DNA of 61,842 nt, the filler included. It is 7 parts of 7 records of this genome, joined end to end, with 100 filler letters (N's around TTAATTAATTAA, not from the genome) between each part and the next. Parts side by side here need not be neighbours in the genome. Positions count along the whole stretch, not along the records: positions 50,541 to 61,842 come from SRR31147125_11101; 6 more parts are not named here. One strand, given 5' to 3'. Position numbers and translations under genes: made by a program. The first letter of the stretch is position 1. Each line of letters starts with the position of its first letter. A model generated the notes under the pieces. That model was given only the letters and a program-made list of their open reading frames with translations. It had not been told where the DNA came from and ran no database searches. Positions 55,858-61,842 of the stretch are shown in pieces.

Positions 55858-58746
55858 ATGAAAAAACTTTTAGGTTCTCTTATCATTATTCTGTTAGGAA
55901 TATCCTCGTTTGCCTTTTCGGTAGTAAATGATGATGAATTATGTTCAGTATCATCATTATTTGAGATCGGGAAAGAAGAAGCGATCGATATTGCATCAAT
56001 TAGAACAAGCGCAATAAGCAGTAATTATTCTCCTGAAAATTCAATGTCAACAAGCGACTCGATCGACGTTGAGTTTGATGGTTTGATCCGCGATTTTATT
56101 GCCGATACATCAAATATCAGCCGTAAATGGCTTGATGGTCATTCAACAGGGGAATTTCAGAATCTACCTCATGGTATTGTTATAGATCCCGAGGGAAAAA
56201 CCTGGGTAGGTTTTTATGGTGGTATAAGCAGAGAATTTTTATGTAATGATGGCAGCACCATTAATTTACGTGCTTTGCATTGTTTTATGCCTGACGGTAC
56301 GCCGGCATCATTTTCTCCCATGGAATTCTTTACTTTTCCCGATGGAAGCAAAGATACGATCCATTACGAAAGTAAAGCGAATGGTTCATGCCGGGGTTTG
56401 ACCATGATGGATGATGGAAATATCCTGTGGACCTCCTGGTCAACGCTTTTTAAAATAGATTTTCGCACCGGTAACGGCTTAGCTCGTTGGCATCCTGCTA
56501 TGGATGGTTTTACGCTTGGCTCCATGACGGAAGCAGCCCATGATCCGGATCTGGGATTAGTTTATATCGGACGAGTTACAGACAATAAACCCGTATATAT
56601 GCTGGATGAAGATTTGAATTATCTGGGTAATGCCATCGATACGGTTCCCACTTTACACAGGTCGATCCTGACGAGGACAAAAAGTGACGGAACTTCTCAG
56701 CTCTTTTCCGGCACAATATGGGATGGTCAGGGAATTTTTGTTTATGAATCGTCAAATCCTCTGACGGAGAAATTCGAATTGGTTGATACGATCGGAAATG
56801 AGGTCGTCGTTACACCAAGCCAAACCATTACATATCTTGCTTGGCCTTCTTGTCTTGACTGGTACGACAGGGAAAATGGCATCTTGCTTTATGGTAATTT
56901 TTACGATGCGAAAACGGTGGTTGATGTTGGTGAAGTACCCCCGTCAAAGCATGCATCAAAATGGGTGTTTTTAGATGTAGATGATGATCGTCAGTTAGGC
57001 TCTTTTGGTGTGAAAGCACCTCAGGGCGGACTGTGGGAAGGTCCCTATGGAGCAGATTATCCCGATGGCTCTTTTTCTCCCAGAGGCGCATCTTTTGTAG
57101 GAAACCATATCTATACCATTGATTTTAATTTGCATCTTCTTCAAAGATGGCAGATCATGGATTTTGCCGATACCTTATTGCTTTCGCTCACAGTGTCCGA
57201 TAGTGTAGACAGTGCAAAGCTGAACTATGGTTGGGTTGTGGGCGCAACGGATATGTATGATGAAGGCCTGGATGAATATGATACTTTAATCGCTTCCGAA
57301 GGTTCTTTTGATGCACATTTCAGCAATAATTTGATCACAGACTTAAGGGCTACTGATTTCGAGGGAGAGATCGATTGGGATTTCCGTTTTCAGGAAGGAG
57401 AGGGTAATGGCCCAATTCTTATCGAATGGGATAACACAGCATTCCCGAACTATGGATATTTTTATCTCAAAGATTCGCTTGACGGTTCACTGGTCAATAT
57501 CAATATGAGAGACAGTTCATATTATAGAACAAATGAACTTTCCCCCAATAATTTAAAAATACTGTATTTTTACAGAATTAAACCCGAGTTTACCGCTAAT
57601 ATCAGAAGCGGAAAGGCTCCCTTGACCGTTGATTTTACCGATCATTCTGTCGGTATTATTCGCGGTAGAAGTTGGAGCTTTGGAGACGGAACTTCAAATC
57701 GAGATAAAGATCCACAACACACATATACCGAACCGGGTGTTTATGATGTAACTCTGGTGATCAACGACGGACAGAGTTCGGAAGTGATCGTAAAAACGGA
57801 TTATATCAGCGTATCTCACTCCGATCAACCGGATATTCTAAGCGTAAGAGATATTCCCGATGATCAGGGAGGCTGGGTGATCGTAGAGTTCAGACGAAGT
57901 GGTTATGATACCGGCACGCCGGGTATTCAGGATTCCACTTCAGAAGGGCTTGAAATGTATTCCGTGGAAATATCAGGAGACGGCAGCGAGTGGATCACGG
58001 CCAATTCAAGTGTTGCATATGGATCAGAAATCTATTCGGTATTAACCTATACCATGTATGACTCATCTGCCACAACGAACGGTCAACACCATTTCCGAGT
58101 TCTTGGCGGATTAAGTGAAGGAATATTCACTAGTGATATTTACAGAGGTTATTCCATAGATAATATTGCACCACCGTCACCCGGTGATATTAGAAGTGAA
58201 CTGACTCCTTCCGGGATCAGCCTTTCCTGGAATGATTCCGAAGCGGAAGATCTGAAACACTATGCTGTTTATCGCAGTACATCCGATGACTTCAGCGATG
58301 AAGAAGTTCTAAGCACCGTGACCGGAAACAGCTTTACGGATGCCTCAATATCTGAGGCTAATGCCTACTACTATCGTATTGCCGCTGTCGATATTCACGA
58401 TAATGAAGGAAATAAAAGCGAGGCTCTTGCTGTAACGGTTGGCCTGGGCGACCTTGAAAGTATCCCCGGGAATTTTGAATTGACTCAGAATTATCCCAAT
58501 CCTTTCAATCCGATCACGACCTTAAAATACGGACTCCCCGAAGTTTCAGATGTTATGATCAGTATTTATGATATCAGCGGCAAGAAGATCATGGAATGGA
58601 ATATGCCGAATAATGCCGCAGGATGGCATCAAACCATTTGGAATGGAACCGACATGTATGGAAATCAGGTCTCGACCGGCATGTACATTTATCATTTAAA
58701 AACCGGTGAATTCAGCGATAGCAAAAAAATGGTCCTAATGAAATAA
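55858..58746 (+). CDS. Secreted protein: beta-propeller-like N-terminus, PKD, FN3-like and NYPNPFNP C-terminal domains
   Basis: Signal peptide; PHGIVIDPEG; PKD motifs WSFGDG and P.HTYTEPG.Y.VTL; LSW...DLKHY.VYRS; QNYPNPFNP; AGGAG RBS. Confidence 0.88.
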   Translation: MKKLLGSLIIILLGISSFAFSVVNDDELCSVSSLFEIGKEEAIDIASIRTSAISSNYSPENSMSTSDSIDVEFDGLIRDFIADTSNISRKWLDGHSTGEFQNLPHGIVIDPEGKTWVGFYGGISREFLCNDGSTINLRALHCFMPDGTPASFSPMEFFTFPDGSKDTIHYESKANGSCRGLTMMDDGNILWTSWSTLFKIDFRTGNGLARWHPAMDGFTLGSMTEAAHDPDLGLVYIGRVTDNKPVYMLDEDLNYLGNAIDTVPTLHRSILTRTKSDGTSQLFSGTIWDGQGIFVYESSNPLTEKFELVDTIGNEVVVTPSQTITYLAWPSCLDWYDRENGILLYGNFYDAKTVVDVGEVPPSKHASKWVFLDVDDDRQLGSFGVKAPQGGLWEGPYGADYPDGSFSPRGASFVGNHIYTIDFNLHLLQRWQIMDFADTLLLSLTVSDSVDSAKLNYGWVVGATDMYDEGLDEYDTLIASEGSFDAHFSNNLITDLRATDFEGEIDWDFRFQEGEGNGPILIEWDNTAFPNYGYFYLKDSLDGSLVNINMRDSSYYRTNELSPNNLKILYFYRIKPEFTANIRSGKAPLTVDFTDHSVGIIRGRSWSFGDGTSNRDKDPQHTYTEPGVYDVTLVINDGQSSEVIVKTDYISVSHSDQPDILSVRDIPDDQGGWVIVEFRRSGYDTGTPGIQDSTSEGLEMYSVEISGDGSEWITANSSVAYGSEIYSVLTYTMYDSSATTNGQHHFRVLGGLSEGIFTSDIYRGYSIDNIAPPSPGDIRSELTPSGISLSWNDSEAEDLKHYAVYRSTSDDFSDEEVLSTVTGNSFTDASISEANAYYYRIAAVDIHDNEGNKSEALAVTVGLGDLESIPGNFELTQNYPNPFNPITTLKYGLPEVSDVMISIYDISGKKIMEWNMPNNAAGWHQTIWNGTDMYGNQVSTGMYIYHLKTGEFSDSKKMVLMK

Positions 58747-58770
58747 TTGATCCTTACAAGGAGATTAAAA

Positions 58771-61659
58771 ATGAAAAATCGACTTAGTTTTATAATAGTA
58801 ATTATGATGATCGCTTCATTGTTGTTCGCTTCGGAGACCATTGAAGCTAAAAACGTGGATATACCCGGACTGAGGATCACAGAGAATGGTACATGGATCT
58901 ATCCGCAAAGTGAATTTGAAGCTATTCAGATGCCGTCGTTCACGACATCAACATCTGTCAGTGATTCCATTACGGTTGAATTTGATGAAGTGATCATGGA
59001 TTTCCTTCTGGATACCACCTATACCTTAAGCAAAAAACTAGATGGAACAACAGATGGTTATCAAGCTATGCCCATGGGAGTGGTCGTGGATCCCGAAGGT
59101 AAGATATGGGTAGGTATGTTTGGAGGATATTCCAGGGAATATGAACGACCTTCAGGTGAGGTGATAAAATTGAAAGGCTTGCATTGTTTCATGCCAAATG
59201 GTGATCCTGCACCCTTTTCCCCCATTGAATTTTTGGAATTTGATGATGGGAGCAAAGATACCCTCTTCGCTGAAAGCATGTATAATGGTTCGGCAAGAGG
59301 GCTGACCTTAATGGATAATGGTGATGTCCTTTTTACCGCCTGGTCAACGATCTACAAGATCGATCATCAAACCGGCGAAGGAATGGCGATGTGGTATCCA
59401 CCAAAGGATGGATTGCCGGCAGCTTCTTTTACGGAACCTGCTTATGATCCCGTGGAAGGTTTGGTCTACGTTGGGCACGTCTCATCCAACAGACCTATTT
59501 ATATGTTAGATGATGATCTTACATATATCGGTAATGCCGTTGATAACTGTGATCATCTTCATCGTTCGATAGTTGTCAAGACGAACCCCGATGGTAGCTC
59601 GCGACTTTATTCAGGTTCCATCTGGAATGGATATGGTATTGTCGTATATGAATCTCCTGACGCATTATTTGAACCTTATGAGGCCGTCGATACAATTGGG
59701 AACGAGATCGTAGTAACAGATTCTCAAACTATTTCCTATATGGCCTGGGCAAGTTGCCTGGATTGGTATGATATCGATGAAGGCATTCTGCTTTATGGAA
59801 ATTATATGAATGCCAGAGTATATGTTGATCAAGGAGAAACTCCGGAAGCAAAACATGCTTCGCAATGGGTGTTCTTGGATGTTGATGATGATCGACAATT
59901 GGGAACTTTTGGTAAAAATGCAGGACAAAGCCATTTGATGCCGATAGCTGAGCCACCTTATTCGATCACTTGTCCTGATGGAACCTTGTCTCCCAGAGGT
60001 GCCTCTTTCCAGGGCAATTCGATATATACCGTGGATTTCGATCTGAATATGATTCAAAAGTGGACGATCACATCGGCCGAGGAACCGGTTTTAATGAACA
60101 TTACGGTTCGGGATAGCATTGACAGCGAGACTTTAACTTACGGGTGGTCGCCGAATGCTACAGACGATTTTGACGAAGGTCTTGATGAATACGATACGCT
60201 AATAGCTCTTCCCGGATTTTTCGATGCGCATTTTGGCAACGATCTTATTGCGGATGTCAGGGCCCCCAATTATACCGACTCCCTTTGCTGGACATTAAAT
60301 TATCAAGCAGGAGACGGGAATGGACCTCTTGTGATCGAATGGGACAGTACAGCCTTTCCGGAGTATGGTGAAATTGCTCTTAAAGATACATTGGACAGTA
60401 GCCTGGTGTACATTGATATGAGAGAAAGTTCGTCCTTTGTTGTTCCGGATTCAGGCCTACCATGTCTTAAGATCGTCTATATCTATGACATGTCAGCTGA
60501 TTTTGAGGTGGATCCCGATAGTGGTCACGCACCTCTTATTGTGCATTTTTCAGACAGATCAAAAGGCAATATTCGCACTTGGGATTGGGATTTCGGCGAT
60601 GGAACAAGCTCTCGCGAGAAAAACCCGATCCATACATATACTGAACCCGGAAAATTCAATGTTACTCTGATTGTTAGCGATGGAACAAATGATGATGTTC
60701 TGGTGAAAACCGGATTAATAACTGTCACTAATTCGCCCAAGCCTGAAATTGCAAGTATTAGAGATGTAAAAAATGATCAGGGCGGATGGGTTTATGTTGA
60801 TTTTACACGTAGTTTATACGATACAAATGTAGCCGATACAGTAGACAGCACTTCCGATGGTTTAGAAATGTATACTGTTGAAGTATCTGAGAATGGCGAA
60901 AAATGGGTTGCTTCAAATTCTACCATTGCCTACGGTCATGACCTCTACACTGTCATGGTCCATACACTTTGTGATTCTTCGGCGGCTTCCGTTGGTCAAC
61001 AGCTGTTCAGAGTTATTGCCGGTATGTCGGAAGGAAACTATATCGGTCTGCCCGTATCGGGTTATTCCGTTGACAATATCGCCCCGCCCGCTCCGACCAA
61101 TGTAATGGCCGGTAATACGGGCTCCGGCATTATGATACAATGGACGGCATCTGAGGCGGAAGACTTAAAACACTACAAAGTTTACAGAAGCGAGAATATC
61201 GATTTTCTGGGAAGTGAATTATTGGGAAGCACAACAACGAACGATTATATCGATGTAAGCGCATCAGAGGACGATTGGTATTACTATCGGATCTCAGCTG
61301 TTGATGTACATGATAATGAAGGATCCAAAGGACAGGTTATAAGCATAGAGGTTGGGTTAAGTGACAATAACATGATCCCGGATCATTACGAATTGAACCA
61401 GAATTTCCCCAATCCATTCAATCCATCCACCACCATGCGATTCGGACTGCCGGAAGTGTCCGATGTTTTGATTTCCATTTATGACCTAAGCGGTAGAAAA
61501 GTAATGGAATGGAATATGGAAAATAAAGCCGCCGGCTGGCATCATTTGGTCTGGGAAGGAAAAGATATCTATGGTGCTCCTGTATCAACCGGAATGTATA
61601 TTTATCACTTGAAGGCCGGAGAATTCAGCGATACCAAGAAAATGATCTTTATGAAGTGA
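58771..61659 (+). CDS. Tandem paralog of 55858-58746 (propeller-like, PKD, FN3-like, C-terminal sorting domain)
   Basis: AGGAG RBS plus ATG 58771; colinear shared blocks (LHCFMP, FLDVDDDRQLG, DEGLDEYDTLIA, DQGGWV, VSTGMYIYHLK). Confidence 0.88.
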   Translation: MKNRLSFIIVIMMIASLLFASETIEAKNVDIPGLRITENGTWIYPQSEFEAIQMPSFTTSTSVSDSITVEFDEVIMDFLLDTTYTLSKKLDGTTDGYQAMPMGVVVDPEGKIWVGMFGGYSREYERPSGEVIKLKGLHCFMPNGDPAPFSPIEFLEFDDGSKDTLFAESMYNGSARGLTLMDNGDVLFTAWSTIYKIDHQTGEGMAMWYPPKDGLPAASFTEPAYDPVEGLVYVGHVSSNRPIYMLDDDLTYIGNAVDNCDHLHRSIVVKTNPDGSSRLYSGSIWNGYGIVVYESPDALFEPYEAVDTIGNEIVVTDSQTISYMAWASCLDWYDIDEGILLYGNYMNARVYVDQGETPEAKHASQWVFLDVDDDRQLGTFGKNAGQSHLMPIAEPPYSITCPDGTLSPRGASFQGNSIYTVDFDLNMIQKWTITSAEEPVLMNITVRDSIDSETLTYGWSPNATDDFDEGLDEYDTLIALPGFFDAHFGNDLIADVRAPNYTDSLCWTLNYQAGDGNGPLVIEWDSTAFPEYGEIALKDTLDSSLVYIDMRESSSFVVPDSGLPCLKIVYIYDMSADFEVDPDSGHAPLIVHFSDRSKGNIRTWDWDFGDGTSSREKNPIHTYTEPGKFNVTLIVSDGTNDDVLVKTGLITVTNSPKPEIASIRDVKNDQGGWVYVDFTRSLYDTNVADTVDSTSDGLEMYTVEVSENGEKWVASNSTIAYGHDLYTVMVHTLCDSSAASVGQQLFRVIAGMSEGNYIGLPVSGYSVDNIAPPAPTNVMAGNTGSGIMIQWTASEAEDLKHYKVYRSENIDFLGSELLGSTTTNDYIDVSASEDDWYYYRISAVDVHDNEGSKGQVISIEVGLSDNNMIPDHYELNQNFPNPFNPSTTMRFGLPEVSDVLISIYDLSGRKVMEWNMENKAAGWHHLVWEGKDIYGAPVSTGMYIYHLKAGEFSDTKKMIFMK

Positions 61660-61739
61660 CCGGTGATCAGTGACCAGTAATCAGTGACCAGTAATCTGTA
61701 ACCAGTGATCAGTGACCAGTAACCAGTGAACGGTGATCT
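61656..61739. repeat. Twelve-unit heptamer tandem repeat GT(G/A)A(C/T)CA
   Basis: GTGACCG GTGATCA GTGACCA GTAATCA GTGACCA GTAATCT GTAACCA GTGATCA GTGACCA GTAACCA GTGAACG GTGATCT, beginning at the stop codon. Confidence 0.85.
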
Positions 61740-61807
61740 GTTACATTGATATGATAATGAAAGTAGGGGACGGTCCATTCTTCGCTACCACCTACCGCAA
61801 GGGCCCA

Positions 61808-61837
61808 CTACGCCGAAGTAGCTTTGGCTACGTAGGC
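61808..61837. repeat. REP-like palindrome related to the 49115 and 50632 elements
   Basis: CTACGCCGAAG-TAGCTTTGGCTA-CGTAGGC shares the CGCCGAAG...CGTAGG core. Confidence 0.45.
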
Positions 61838-61842
61838 TGTAC

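Noticed and set aside
61656-61739. CRISPR array
   Set aside because: The 7-nt units have no spacers and no cas genes are present.

Overview
The window is not one locus. It is seven contigs joined by six artificial 100-nt linkers (N44-TTAATTAATTAA-N44), probably from several organisms of a metagenome. At least seven genes carry single-base frameshifts, six of them at homopolymer runs, which suggests sequencing error. Contig 1 (1-17712) is a sugar-catabolism cluster: two GH38-like mannosidases, a HAD hydrolase, a GmhA-like isomerase, two DapA/NanA-family aldolases, GH99-like and GH42/GH14-like hydrolases, and two paralogous unassigned secreted glycosidase-like proteins. Contig 2 (17813-24432, AT-rich) holds a four-gene operon for a vWA-like lipoprotein, a small membrane protein, a divergent FtsZ/tubulin-like GTPase and an actin/Hsp70-fold protein. 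Contig 3 (24533-30007) is a Bacteroidetes-type PUL fragment (GH88, SusC, SusD). Contig 4 (30108-39175) has a GH106-like gene, a UPF0158 gene, a four-repeat beta/gamma-crystallin-like protein, an FG-GAP secreted protein and DinB. It also has a membrane-protein/small-helical-protein pair that shares a 22-24 aa motif at their facing ends, reminiscent of homotypic amyloid signalling. Contig 5 (39276-45022) has PilZ/YcgR-like, FGE-sulfatase-LRR lipoprotein and penicillin acylase genes. Contig 6 (45123-50440) has tmk, a metallopeptidase-propeller-Omp85 fusion and tgt. Contig 7 (50541-61842) has four large secreted proteins ending in NYPNPFNP-type C-terminal sorting domains. The best candidates for new biology are the shared-motif gene pair (33465-35692), the tubulin-like/actin-like operon (17813-23323) and a possible heptose/Kdo-scavenging pathway in contig 1. 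Family assignments come from motif recognition by eye; no database searches were run.
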